Shown piece by piece: positions 63,982 to 64,000 of a DNA stretch of 64,000 bases. The translations under genes were made by a program, and so were the position numbers. The stretch covers positions 16,283 to 80,282 of the forward strand of contig CAVTCR010000010.1 in NCBI GenBank assembly GCA_963733195.1, read 5' to 3'. The DNA comes from an uncultured delta proteobacterium. Its GTDB lineage: Bacteria > Desulfobacterota > Binatia > Bin18. The first letter of the stretch is position 1. Every line of letters starts with the position of its first letter. Below the pieces are notes generated by a model. That model was not told the DNA's origin, searched no databases, and saw nothing but the letters and a program-made list of their open reading frames with translations.

Positions 63982-64000
63982 GAGAACAAGTAGTTAGTAG

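Overview
Bacterial chromosomal window. Gene content (many CaiB/BaiF CoA-transferases, MMPL+DUF1329, wHTH-AAA-TPR regulator) suggests a Binatia/Deltaproteobacteria-like lineage; this is an inference. Core blocks: rpoD paralog, type II pantothenate kinase, argA, addAB (0-11 kb); tatC/tatB, HDAC, PBP1A, purC, ftsH, CoA transferases (28-39.7 kb); deacetylase, viaA/ravA-like, XPB-like helicase, DUF790 (52-64 kb). Two accessory regions lie between them. (i) 11-28 kb is an array of secreted Cys-rich hydrolases: two HExxH proteases, a pectinacetylesterase-like esterase, an M14 carboxypeptidase and a beta-lactamase-like serine hydrolase. Three of its genes share a promoter-like module of three 11-bp direct repeats (TCCCACAACTT) plus a C(A/G)TCTTCT box. 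Two carry a ~94% identical 307-bp RBS+leader cassette fused to unrelated payloads, and orphan gene 3' ends are left as scars. An ECF-like sigma factor and a wHTH-STAND-TPR regulator flank the array. (ii) 39.9-45.3 kb is a decayed TA/defence island with an IS5-like element (15-bp IRs, 6-bp TSD) splitting an ATPase gene. MITEs, REP-like hairpins and heptamer arrays are abundant. Many single-base frameshifts, including in housekeeping genes, suggest consensus indel errors, so pseudogene calls are uncertain. No rRNA, tRNA or CRISPR array was seen.
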